A DNA stretch of 64,000 nt from Candidatus Poribacteria bacterium. GTDB taxonomy: Bacteria; Poribacteria; WGA-4E; WGA-3G. The stretch is taken from the NCBI GenBank assembly GCA_965242965.1, contig OZ251518.1, positions 2,169,838 through 2,233,837 of the forward strand. The letters are read 5' to 3'. The notes below the pieces were generated by a model. The model was given only the letters and a program-made list of their open reading frames with translations, had not been told where the DNA came from and searched no databases. The position numbers were made by a program, and so were the translations under genes. This document shows positions 28,495 through 38,035 of the stretch, one piece after another. Position 1 is the first letter of the stretch, and each line of letters begins with the position of its first letter.

Positions 28495-30316
28495 TCAAAT
28501 CGTTTTGAGTCTGCATTGCAATGCAAGGTTCGCCGCCAGCGTATCCGTTAACGCAACATCCCGGCAGACAAACACAGAATCCTTTGACAACCCTAGACGT
28601 TCTATATCCCTCGGCACAAGTTCAGCATCCAAACAGACGTGGAACATCTGCGACTTATCAGGCGCGACAATGCGAAAAACCGTATTCGTTGCAAGGCCTG
28701 CAACGCGCGCAATTGTGCTATCAAGCGGGTATCCCTCTTTAAGCGCAACTTCATAAAGGACATCCTCTTCGCGCCACCCTTCCCGAAGCGCATCAATGGC
28801 GTTTTCCAACTGCGCGATGTAAGTTTGCACATCCTCGGTGCGGACATCGTCTTCTGTCCGATAGTTGGACTCGGCAAGTTTGAAGACGCGGCAGCCGGCG
28901 TTTTCTCGCAAACACACGCGGCGAACCCGTTCTTTGCCAATCTCGGCAATCGTCTCAAATCCTGCCTTGCGCGCATCCGATTTTTCCGGGGTAGGTTCCG
29001 GCAGTTGCACCATGATAAATTGCCGCGCACCGGAATCTTCCCGATTGAGCTCCAACACTGCCTCTGCTGTCGTGCAGGAGCCCGCGAAGAAATCCAAAAC
29101 GATGGAATCTGCGTCAGTGCTGAACTGCAGGAGGTGTTTGATTAAACCCACCGGTTTCGGAAAATCAAAAATGAAAACATCGTCTCTCTCGAAAAGTTTA
29201 CGAAGTTGCGCCGTGCCGTGGCTAGTCTGCTCCATATCTGTCAGCAGACTTCGCATGACTCTCGCGGAAGAATTCAGATAGTGCTTGTATTCTACCTGCC
29301 ATTCGCCGTTGGCATTCTGCTTGAAAACGATTTTATTCTCCGCTTTCCAATGCAGAAAACGCGCCTCCGACCAGGCCCAGTATTTCACAATCTTTGAGCC
29401 ATCGGGACACGCAATCGCATACCGACGACTTTCACGCTGATGCCGGAGAGGTGCTTCCAGCCGAAAAGTTTTGTAGGGACCGAGTTGTTCATAATGCGCA
29501 TCTTTCCCCTGATATGCCGCTTGCTCTTTTTCGGTCAGCGGCCGCCTGAGCCTGCCTACTTCATCTCGGCTTTTGGCATACATGAGGATATACTCATGAT
29601 TCGTCGCGAGGTGCTTCATGTTATTCCCGCCGCCGCTATTTCGTTGCCAAATCAACTGTTGCATGAAATTCTCTTCCCCGAAAATTTCGTTCATCAGCAG
29701 GCGGAGGTTATGCCCCTCGCGGTCATCGATACTGACGAAGATGAGGCCATCATCCGTGAGTAACTGCCGCGCAAGGAAAAGGCGTGGATACATCATCGAC
29801 AACCACGCCGAGTGGTAACGGCCGCTACGCTCTGGATTGCTCGTCTGCAGATTGCCGGCGGCATCAAGCTGCCCTGACAATTGCAGGCAGGCATCCAACG
29901 GCTTCGCGTAGTTATCGGGATAGACAAAGTCGTTGCCGGTGTTGTAAGGCGGATCGATGTAAATCGCCTTCACGCGTCCGAAATAGGGTTTGTAGAGGAG
30001 TTTCAGCACCTCCAGGTTATCACCTTCAATGAAAAGGTTTGAAGTGCTGTCAAACTGAAGTGACTCCTCTCGGCATGGAATAAGGGTAGCCTCGGTAGGG
30101 ACGTTGAGCAGGCGGATGGATTCGCGCTTGCCTGCCCAATTGAAGTGATACCTATCCTTGGCGTTTACCCCCCCCTTCACAAATCTCTAGTATATTTGCA
30201 AGTTTCTCCATGTCCACTTCGCCTTCGGTGAGGCATTCGGGGAAAAGTTGCTTGAGTTGTCGGAGCCGCTCCTCGTTTAGGGCGGGTGTCGTTTTCGGGG
30301 TTTTATCGGTTTTCAT
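28495..30316 (-). pseudogene. mod: Type III restriction-modification Mod methyltransferase (EcoP15I Mod-like, N6-adenine) split by a frameshift at a G8 homopolymer; no res gene
   Basis: Main ORF 28495..30180 carries IYIDPPYNTGNDFVY (motif IV DPPY), DRYHFNWAGK and HSAWLSMMYPRL, collinear with EcoP15I Mod, plus a C-terminal FFAGSCTT (motif I). A 54-codon ORF starts at ATG 30316 (MKTDKTPKTTPALNEERLRQLKQLFPECLTEGEVDMEKLANILEI...) and matches the Mod N-terminus (QLAVLKANFPQCF...). It is out of frame with the main ORF across cccccccc (30168..30175). Seven or ten G would fuse the two frames. Confidence 0.75.
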
Positions 30317-30510
30317 TAGCATTTTCCTTCGGCAGGCGCGGTTCGTCCTGCGTAAGTCCTCTATGAACGGGCATTAGAAATTCCGCAACGTTCTTCCCCG
30401 TAGGAGAGACCTTCCGGGCTCGATGCATTCCGGTAGGAGAGACATCCTGGTCTCGATGTTCCCGCAGCGCGGGGGACAGGCCCCCGAGATCTCTGTCGTC
30501 TCAATGCGTT

Positions 30511-30687
30511 CTTAGGTCCTTTAGGACCTACATGTCTATAGAAAAACGTGTCGTCCCATTTTCAAGGACTTTTAGGTCCTTAATAAAAAACACGCGAGGC
30601 ATGTCAAAATCTATTAAGGACCTAAAGGACCTTAGAGCCTTTTGCGTTTCGGTTGCTATAGACATTAAGGTCCTACGGACCTGAAGA
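30511..30687. mobile_element. second copy of the family-E element, inverted relative to 13078..13249
   Basis: The reverse complement of this segment aligns base-for-base with 13078..13249 except for a few substitutions. Confidence 0.7.
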
Positions 30688-30880
30688 GAAGAAGAGACGT
30701 TTTTCCGTAGCACCGACGATGGCGAGGGACAGGCCCTCGCCCTACGATGAAGGGGGATTTCTGCCGCCGAGCCCCGGGAGGCGTGCCGCCCTATCGCATC
30801 GAGACCAGGTAGTCTCTCCTACCGGCAATAGCGCGGGGGCTGTCACCGCGACATTGAGCGATTTATGAAACACCCTCATA

Positions 30881-31150
30881 TTAGACCGTTACGGCAATGA
30901 GCGGCACATCGCGGACCGGCATCTGCGCGCCGAGTTCGGCCGGCATCTCTTCGCCATGTTCCAACAAACACTCAAAGAGCAGTTTAACAGCGTCTTCAAG
31001 GTTTTCTAACGCTTCTTTCTGCGTATATCCCCAACTTGCTGCACCGCGGTGCTCCAGCGAGGGAATATAGGCACGCCAGACGGCTTTCTCGTCGGGTTCG
31101 TCGGGCCATTTGTCCTTCTCTAGGACAACCTCAAACGTGTAGGTTTTCAT
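30881..31150 (-). CDS. HicB-like (UPF0150) protein
   Basis: MKTYTFEVVLEKDKW...AYIPSLEHRGAASWGYTQKEALENLEDAVKLLFECL fits the UPF0150/HicB N-domain pattern. Confidence 0.55.
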   Translation of the reverse strand: MKTYTFEVVLEKDKWPDEPDEKAVWRAYIPSLEHRGAASWGYTQKEALENLEDAVKLLFECLLEHGEEMPAELGAQMPVRDVPLIAVTV

Positions 31151-31395
31151 GATGTCCCTCCATTATTTAACAAAAATTTTTCAACGTTCCTTCCGATAGT
31201 TGGCGGTGGAAGTGGTTTATTGTCGCTATGGAAAATCTCTACCCACTCGTTAACGATTTCGCAGAGTTCGCGATAGACTTCAACCTCATCGTCACCATGT
31301 GCGCAAGGTCCGATGATGCCGGGGCAATACCCGATGAAACAGTCATCTTCGTCAGACCATTCCACGATTTTGATGTAGTTCGCGCTTTCAGTCAC
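31147..31395 (-). CDS. HicB-like (UPF0150) protein
   Basis: YIKIVEWSDEDDCFIGYCPGIIGPCAHGDDEVEVYRELCEIVNEWVE fits the HicB N-domain pattern. It overlaps the downstream HicB-like gene by 4 bp. Confidence 0.55.
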   Translation of the reverse strand: MTESANYIKIVEWSDEDDCFIGYCPGIIGPCAHGDDEVEVYRELCEIVNEWVEIFHSDNKPLPPPTIGRNVEKFLLNNGGTS

Positions 31396-31475
31396 TTCTG
31401 TGCCTCCTTAATGCCTCTTTCAACTAACTTTTCTTGGAAAGGTTTGGCATCTTTTTCAAGGCATAAAAATCCTAT

Positions 31476-32429
31476 CTACAAATGCGTGCGCATCAGTTTT
31501 TGATACTCGGTGTGCGCCGCCTGCGCGTCGTATTCGCCATCGAGAACGCGACGGAGACACCGCACGAAGCCGATCGGCGCGTCTTCACCGAAGATGGTGC
31601 GGCCGAACAAAATGGCACGTCCACCATTCTGGACGACACTCTGCGCGAGGGAGAACGTGCTACGCGCATTTTGCCGCGGACCACCTAAAGCACCGATAAC
31701 CAGCGTCTCATCAAACTGGCACAACTCATGCCACACCTCTGCTGTCGTATAGGCGGTTTTGATGAAACGCGGACGCTGATGTTTGCGCAAATAACTCATC
31801 GTGCGGACGATCGAATCGGCGACATACATCCCACGTTTCTCATCGTCCATCCCCGGTAATTTGACGTTCGGGAGGAAGACTTCCAGCAGATGGTCGAACC
31901 CCTCAATCTCGCCGACGACGTGCGCAAATTGGATATACGCCTGCAACATCCGCTCGTCGGCGATAGGCTCGTTGTTGAGCGTGATGGAATACAGCCCCAA
32001 GCTGACCCGGCATTCCAACGCCGGTGCGATGAGTGCCTCGCAATAGCGGTGCATATCCTCTGGGAATACCGTCTGGAACGGCATCGACGGCCGCGAAGTA
32101 TAGGCACCGAAACGCGGGTTCCAGATGGCTGTCTCCGAGTTCATCCGGACAATCGGCGTGATGTGCGCGTTTTCAAATAGGTTTTCTTCGAGTGCCAGCG
32201 TTTCAGCATCGGCGGGTGTCATGAGGAGTCCGTCCAACTGCCCATCAGCGACGAGTTCGCGCTGGAGCTCCAAAAACTCCGCGTGCGTGCGGTAGTGCGG
32301 CTTGGGATGCTGCACCTGCCCAAGCCCCTTGATACCTGCCGATGCAAGCGGGTCCGCGGCGAAGACCAGGATGGGACGCCGCGCAAGCAGTTCGGTGTCA
32401 GCAAGTTTGTCAAATATCCGATTGCCCAT
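31476..32429 (-). CDS. hypothetical protein (possible aldolase-type TIM-barrel fold; function unassigned)
   Basis: 317-aa ORF with good coding character; no decisive motif recognised. Confidence 0.5.
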   Translation of the reverse strand: MGNRIFDKLADTELLARRPILVFAADPLASAGIKGLGQVQHPKPHYRTHAEFLELQRELVADGQLDGLLMTPADAETLALEENLFENAHITPIVRMNSETAIWNPRFGAYTSRPSMPFQTVFPEDMHRYCEALIAPALECRVSLGLYSITLNNEPIADERMLQAYIQFAHVVGEIEGFDHLLEVFLPNVKLPGMDDEKRGMYVADSIVRTMSYLRKHQRPRFIKTAYTTAEVWHELCQFDETLVIGALGGPRQNARSTFSLAQSVVQNGGRAILFGRTIFGEDAPIGFVRCLRRVLDGEYDAQAAHTEYQKLMRTHL

Positions 32430-32488
32430 GTATGATTCCTTTTTTTCAAACTTATGTCCCTTTCGGTTAGGGACGTTTTATGTCCAAT

Positions 32489-34996
32489 TCACAAAACGCT
32501 CGTTGGAGCGATGTCTATCACCAATTCAACGGCGTTGGATTTAATGGCCGGCGGCGGTTCGGCAGTGAGTTGCTGAATGCGTAGCGAGATGGCTTCAGCC
32601 GTTTCACTGCGGAGTAAGAAGTGCCACCGAAATTTCCCTTCAATTTTGGAGAGCGGTGCGGGGGCGGGCCCCAGAATTTCCACCAAATCTCCATCAGTTT
32701 GCGAGTTCTGGAGTTGATTTACCACGGTGTGCGCCGCGTCAATCACCGATTTTTCGTCTTTGCCGCGGAGGAGAAGCCGCGCTATGTGCGAAAAAGGTGG
32801 GTAGCGCAACGCACCGCGCGCCGCTACCTCCTGTTCATAGAAACCGATATAGTCGTGCTTCTGTGCCGCTGTGATGCAGTAATGCGCCGGCATATAGGTT
32901 TGGACGATAACCTCACCCGGTATTTCGGCGCGCCCAGAACGTCCAGCGACTTGCGTCAGCAGGCTGAACGTCTGTTCGCTCGCGCGGAAATCCGGGAGAT
33001 TCAAGGCAGTATCCGCCGCGATAACCCCGACGAGGGTGACGTTCGGAAAATCCAACCCTTTCGCCACCATCTGTGTGCCGATGAGGATGTCGATTTCCTG
33101 CTGCTGAAACGCCGCTAATATCTGCTGATGCGCGTTCTTCCGCGCCGTGGAATCGGCATCAAACCTTTTGACGTTCGCGGCAGGGAACGCCTTGCGCACC
33201 TCTTGCTCAATCGCCTCTGTCCCCATACCAAAATAGCGGATGGCCGGGCTACTACACTGCGGACATGTCGGATGCGTATCGCGCCGATGCCCGCAGTGAT
33301 GACAGACGAGTTTCTTCGTCTCAAAGTGAAACGTCAAAGATATGGAACAGTTGTTGCACCGCTCAACGTAGCCGCAGGTTCGGCAGAAAACGTAAGTTGA
33401 ATGTCCGCGCCGGTTCAGGAATAAGATAATTTGCTCCCGCTTCACGAGGCGTTGTTCAATAGCGTTTCGGAGAAGCGCGGAGAAGATGGTGCGGTTTCCA
33501 CCTTTCAACTCGGCGCGCATATCAACGATATGCACCTCTGGCATCTCTCTATCCAACACCCGCGTCGGAAGACTGAGGAGTTGATACGTGCCGTTGCGAG
33601 CGCGGTAGAAACTTTCCAACGAAGGTGTCGCGCTGCCGAGTAGGAGCGCGCAGTTGGCGAGTTCACTCCGTTTCTGGGCAACTTCCCGGGCGTGGTAACG
33701 CGGGGCCTTGTCCGATTTATAGGAGTCCGAGTGCTCTTCGTCGATAATTATCAGCCCCAATTCTCTGACCGGGGCGAACACGGCGGACCGCGGGCCGATG
33801 ACGATGGTGGCTTCTCCTTTTTGGATGCGATGCCAACTGTCATAACGTTCGCCGTCGCTAAGACGGCTGTGTAGCACCGCGACGCGCTCGCCAAACCGGC
33901 CGATAAATCGTGAGGCAGTCTGCGGTGTCAGTGAAATCTCTGGCACTAAGACGATGACAGACTTCCCGCCCTCCAAAATCTGCGCGATTGCCTGCATGTA
34001 GACTTCGGTTTTGCCGCTCCCGGTTACGCCGTGAAGGAGCAAAATCCGTCCAATATCCATCGGCGCGCCAGCACTGTGCGAAGACAATCGCGCCAGCGCG
34101 TTCTGAACCTCGGCAAACGCCGCGGCTTGTGCCGGATTGAGCTGATAAGGTTTCGTCGCCGCAACCGGTTGGCAGCTCAATGGGTTGCGCAACACCCGCG
34201 CCTGCGTAATCTTGATGAAGCCGCGTCTCTCAAGCGTGCGGAGCAGGGAGAGACTCGTGCCCGCCTGCTCGGCGAGCTCTGCCGTGGTTATCGGCGCGTC
34301 TTCGTTAAGTAGGATGCGCAGGATTTCCGCGTGTTTCGCGGCGGCAGGACGACGGCGGTTTCCATCGGCACCGCGCGCTTCCGCTGTGAGGCGCGCAATC
34401 TCCGCCGCAATCTCGTTTGGTGTTAACGCCAAGGATGCCACCGTCGCAGTCTGCGCAGAGGCTTTCGGTTTGTGAGTGACGTAAACATCAACAACGCCTT
34501 TTTCACGAAGCGCGGAGATTTTCGGACGGAGATTCGTGTAACTGACACCGACGCGCCGCGCAAGTTGATTCGGTGTGAGCTCCCCTTCTGCCTCCAACAG
34601 CGCGACAATCTCCTTTTGCACGCCTCTGACACTCGGTTTATCTCCTGATTTGAGTTGCACTCGCTGCCGTTTCTCGCTTCGCACGGCGGCAGGCACCGCA
34701 CAAAAGAGCGCGTTCCCCCAGGGAGAGACGTAATAGTCCGCCATCCACTTTGTCAACGCGAGCAACTCAGCAGAGAACGTTGGATATTTATCGAGACAGT
34801 CAGATATACTTTTGATTTTGTTGGGAGTCAGAGCCGTCACGTCTATCCGTTCAACGACAACGCCTTCCTGCGTGCTTCGTCGAAACGGCGCGAGCACACG
34901 GACACCCGGTTGCACAACGGCATCCAGATGCGGCGGCACGGCGTATGTGAACAGCTGATCGATCGCGAGTGGAAAGGCGATGTTGGCGTAGCGCAT
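32489..34996 (-). CDS. priA: primosomal protein N' (replication restart helicase PriA), long form with extra winged-helix inserts
   Basis: Walker A GVTGSGKTEVY, DEEH box IIIDEEHSDSYK, and a Cys4 zinc ribbon (CRTCGYVERCNNC...CHHCGH..THPTCPQC). It is 835 aa versus ~730 typical; the extra HTH-like segments are LARRVGVSYTNL and TTAELAEQAGTSLSLLRTLERRG. Confidence 0.9.
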   Translation of the reverse strand: MRYANIAFPLAIDQLFTYAVPPHLDAVVQPGVRVLAPFRRSTQEGVVVERIDVTALTPNKIKSISDCLDKYPTFSAELLALTKWMADYYVSPWGNALFCAVPAAVRSEKRQRVQLKSGDKPSVRGVQKEIVALLEAEGELTPNQLARRVGVSYTNLRPKISALREKGVVDVYVTHKPKASAQTATVASLALTPNEIAAEIARLTAEARGADGNRRRPAAAKHAEILRILLNEDAPITTAELAEQAGTSLSLLRTLERRGFIKITQARVLRNPLSCQPVAATKPYQLNPAQAAAFAEVQNALARLSSHSAGAPMDIGRILLLHGVTGSGKTEVYMQAIAQILEGGKSVIVLVPEISLTPQTASRFIGRFGERVAVLHSRLSDGERYDSWHRIQKGEATIVIGPRSAVFAPVRELGLIIIDEEHSDSYKSDKAPRYHAREVAQKRSELANCALLLGSATPSLESFYRARNGTYQLLSLPTRVLDREMPEVHIVDMRAELKGGNRTIFSALLRNAIEQRLVKREQIILFLNRRGHSTYVFCRTCGYVERCNNCSISLTFHFETKKLVCHHCGHRRDTHPTCPQCSSPAIRYFGMGTEAIEQEVRKAFPAANVKRFDADSTARKNAHQQILAAFQQQEIDILIGTQMVAKGLDFPNVTLVGVIAADTALNLPDFRASEQTFSLLTQVAGRSGRAEIPGEVIVQTYMPAHYCITAAQKHDYIGFYEQEVAARGALRYPPFSHIARLLLRGKDEKSVIDAAHTVVNQLQNSQTDGDLVEILGPAPAPLSKIEGKFRWHFLLRSETAEAISLRIQQLTAEPPPAIKSNAVELVIDIAPTSVL

Positions 34997-35079
34997 TTTT
35001 TTCGTGGACGTTTTCCTATCAGGTTCAATAGGCGCGATGACAAAGCGCGCCTACGGGAAATTATGCAAGTTTGGTAACA

Positions 35080-36609
35080 TTAACGCCGCAGCGTGAGCTC
35101 TGTCTGCTCATCTTTAAAGTGCCGTTCCGATTTGTGCCGCGATTCTACGCGCCACGGCAACCGGATCCTTTTGTTGAGAGACTCCGGATCCGCAAAGTAT
35201 CCATCATCAATCTGCCAGAATTGGAGGCACGGATAAGATACGCCGTTATGCTGGAATGTCCCCATGCTTTCCTGTATCGCCTTCATGCCGCGGGTGATCG
35301 GCTCGACGGTGATAAAAATGCCGACCTGGGCTTTCTGTTCACGGATAGCGTGGCAGAATGCGCGCAGCGCAGATATACTGGGTTTACCTGATTTGACTTC
35401 GGCGATAATGCGCGTATTCCGATCTCGCTGGGTGCGAGGGACCCGCACTTTCACGGCACCGGTGCTATCAAATCCACCATCGCCAACATTTGCTGTCGGT
35501 TCGAGCCCAATGCGCGTCACTGCCCAATTCGCAAAATCGTGATACTTTTCCCGGTCGCGAACGAGCAGCATCACTTCCCGCATATTCGTCGGATAGCCCG
35601 CAATCTCATTATCAACGGAAGGCTCCAGTCCATGCCTATCGCGTAGCCGTTCCTGCATCGGATCCAGCGCGACGAGCGTCACATCAATGCCTATCCACTG
35701 CCGATTTAGCGTTTCTGCCGCGTCAAGTGTCGTGCCGCAGCCGCAAAACGGATCAAGCACAATGTCGCCGGGGTTTGATGACGCTCGGATTATCCGTTCA
35801 TAGAGGGCACGCGGCTTCTGCGTCGGATAGCCGAGACGCTCCTTGGCAGTCGCCCCAATCTGATTCATCTCACTCCCGCGCAGATAGGTGAAGACATCGT
35901 CCATCGGGGTTCCCTCATCCCAATAGAAACGCTTCCATTCGCCATGCTTATCCCTGGTCCGATTCCTGCGATATTCTCGGCCATCCTCGTCTTGATACTT
36001 GAACATGTGTCTCGTCTTTTCAGCATACGGCATCCGTGGCTGATTGAACACGAAGGAGGGCCCTTTGACGTAGCGCAGGATAATGTCGTGCTTACGTTTG
36101 AAGTCCTGACGCGGCGCGTTGCCCGCCGAATAGTGCCAAATAATCTCATTCCTGAAGTTGCCGACACCGAACATGGCATCCATCAAACCTTTCAGGTAAT
36201 GGCTCGCCGTCGGATCGCAGTGCAAATACATGCTTCCCTTCAGGTGGAGCACGCGGTGGAGTTCAAGGATGCGGGGCCCCATGAAAGTGAGATACGCGCG
36301 CATCGCACTCGGCGCACCACTTGTTGCCTTCTGGAGCACGAAGTCATAGCCGGTGAGCGCGTTGTTGAGCGCGGCGTAACTTTCGGATGTCCGGGCGAGT
36401 TTCTCAATTTCATGACGTGCGTCCTGCGCTGCATCGTCCCATGTCCACGTATCCACGAACGCTGTCCGCTGTGATTGCGATGCTTTCAAAAACGTGTTGT
36501 AGTTGCGGCCGCTGTTGAAAGGCGGATCGGTGCAGACGAGATGGACGCATCCTGTCTCCAATTCTCGCAAGATTTCAAGGTTATCCCCGAAGTAAATTTT
36601 ACGCAGCAT
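35080..36609 (-). CDS. beta-class amino DNA methyltransferase (motif IV DPPF then motif I FCGCGTT) fused to a C-terminal Mrr-like PD-(D/E)xK nuclease domain
   Basis: N-terminal LVCTDPPFNSGRNY, then PGDIVLDPFCGCGTTLDAA. The C-terminal ~190 aa carries GDGGFDSTG...IIAEVKSGK (Mrr-cat-like D...EVK). The start is set at the ATG at 36609 (MLRKIYFGDNLEIL); the track ORF extends upstream into repeats. Confidence 0.75.
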   Translation of the reverse strand: MLRKIYFGDNLEILRELETGCVHLVCTDPPFNSGRNYNTFLKASQSQRTAFVDTWTWDDAAQDARHEIEKLARTSESYAALNNALTGYDFVLQKATSGAPSAMRAYLTFMGPRILELHRVLHLKGSMYLHCDPTASHYLKGLMDAMFGVGNFRNEIIWHYSAGNAPRQDFKRKHDIILRYVKGPSFVFNQPRMPYAEKTRHMFKYQDEDGREYRRNRTRDKHGEWKRFYWDEGTPMDDVFTYLRGSEMNQIGATAKERLGYPTQKPRALYERIIRASSNPGDIVLDPFCGCGTTLDAAETLNRQWIGIDVTLVALDPMQERLRDRHGLEPSVDNEIAGYPTNMREVMLLVRDREKYHDFANWAVTRIGLEPTANVGDGGFDSTGAVKVRVPRTQRDRNTRIIAEVKSGKPSISALRAFCHAIREQKAQVGIFITVEPITRGMKAIQESMGTFQHNGVSYPCLQFWQIDDGYFADPESLNKRIRLPWRVESRHKSERHFKDEQTELTLRR

Positions 36610-37002
36610 GATGCCGATTATCCTTTTATGTTTTCCTAGTGAACGCTGGCGGGGGGCAGGCCCCCGCGCTACGATAAAAAACGGCACTTCATCGTAGGGT
36701 TTGGGCCCTCGGATGCCACACGCGCATCCGAGCGGGTTCCCCTCGCCAGCGTCCACGCACCAGGCCCTGTAGGTCAGGATCGCCTGATCCTGACCTGTTT
36801 GTGATCAGGCGATCACAAACTACAGAGGGGAAACACACATCGGGACGATGGAGATCGCGGGCGAAACCCGCTCGGATGCGCGTATGGCATCCGAGGGCCC
36901 CCGCGCTACGGTAATCGAGAAATCGCGGGGGACAGGCCCCCGCGCTACGGGAACATCAAGCCCCGAGGTCTCTCCTACCGGGATGTATCAAGACCTGCGC
37001 GC

Positions 37003-37992
37003 CTATTGACACTTCCCTTTTTGCTCGTTTTCGTAATCGACAGACGGTTCAAGTCCATGTCTCTCGCGGAGCCGCTTCTGCACCAATTCTAACGCGAGGA
37101 GCGTCACATCGATGCCTATCCACTGCCGACTTAGCGTTTCCGCTGCGTCAAGTGTCGTGCCGCAGCCGCAAAACGGATCGAGCACGATGTCACCGGGGTT
37201 CGATGAAACTCGGATTATCCGTTCGTATAATGTCCGCGGCTTTTGTGTCGGATATCCCAGCCACTCCTTCGTCGATTTATAGGCGGGTGCAACATCTGTC
37301 CACCAATCAAAAGGCACTTTACCTTTCACCAATTCTGCCGCCACTGCGTCATCGAAAACCTTCGGATTTCCTCTGCGCCATCCTTCTTGCACCGTGCGCT
37401 TATCGATTCGCGCGTGTGGGATGAGAATATCCTCTGGATTGAAAGTGTTGTCCTCGCCTTTAGCATAAAACAAGAGGATGTCGTGTTTGCGAGGAAAATG
37501 CCGCTTTGGCCGTCCCGGCGAACCATATCCCCAAATAATCTGATTCCTGAAGTTCGCCACGCCGAACACGGCATCCATCAACCCTTTTAGATAGTGACTC
37601 GCCGTTGCGTCACAGTGGAGATACATGCTACCTGCTGGATGCAGGACACGATGACACTCCACGATACGTGGCCCCATGAAGGCGAGATAGGCACGCATGG
37701 CACTCGGCGCGCCGTTCGTCGCTTGCTGTAACACAAAGTCATAGCCGATGAGCGCGTTGTTGAGCGCGGCGTAACTTGGAGAAGTCGGTGCGCGGCTGTC
37801 AATTTCACGCCGTGCGTCTTGCGCTGCATCGTCCCATGTCCACGTGTCCACAAACGCTGTTTTCTGTGACTGCGAGTCGGTGTAGTTGCGGCCGCTGTTG
37901 AACGGCGGATCGGCGCAGACGAGCTGAACGCACCCTGTCTCCAATTCTCGTAAAATTCCAAGGTTATCCCCGAAGTAAATTTTACGCAGCAT
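37003..37992 (-). CDS. beta-class amino DNA methyltransferase, paralog of 35080..36609 without the nuclease domain
   Basis: MLRKIYFGDNLGILRELETGCVQLVCADPPFNSGRNY and PGDIVLDPFCGCGTTLDAAETL. It is ~80-90% identical to its neighbour in the first ~150 and last ~75 aa, but the central ~110 aa differ completely. The start is set at the ATG at 37992. Confidence 0.8.
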   Translation of the reverse strand: MLRKIYFGDNLGILRELETGCVQLVCADPPFNSGRNYTDSQSQKTAFVDTWTWDDAAQDARREIDSRAPTSPSYAALNNALIGYDFVLQQATNGAPSAMRAYLAFMGPRIVECHRVLHPAGSMYLHCDATASHYLKGLMDAVFGVANFRNQIIWGYGSPGRPKRHFPRKHDILLFYAKGEDNTFNPEDILIPHARIDKRTVQEGWRRGNPKVFDDAVAAELVKGKVPFDWWTDVAPAYKSTKEWLGYPTQKPRTLYERIIRVSSNPGDIVLDPFCGCGTTLDAAETLSRQWIGIDVTLLALELVQKRLRERHGLEPSVDYENEQKGKCQ

Positions 37993-38035
37993 GATGCCGG
38001 GTATCCTTTGCAAAAGCGTGATGAGAAAAACGCTG

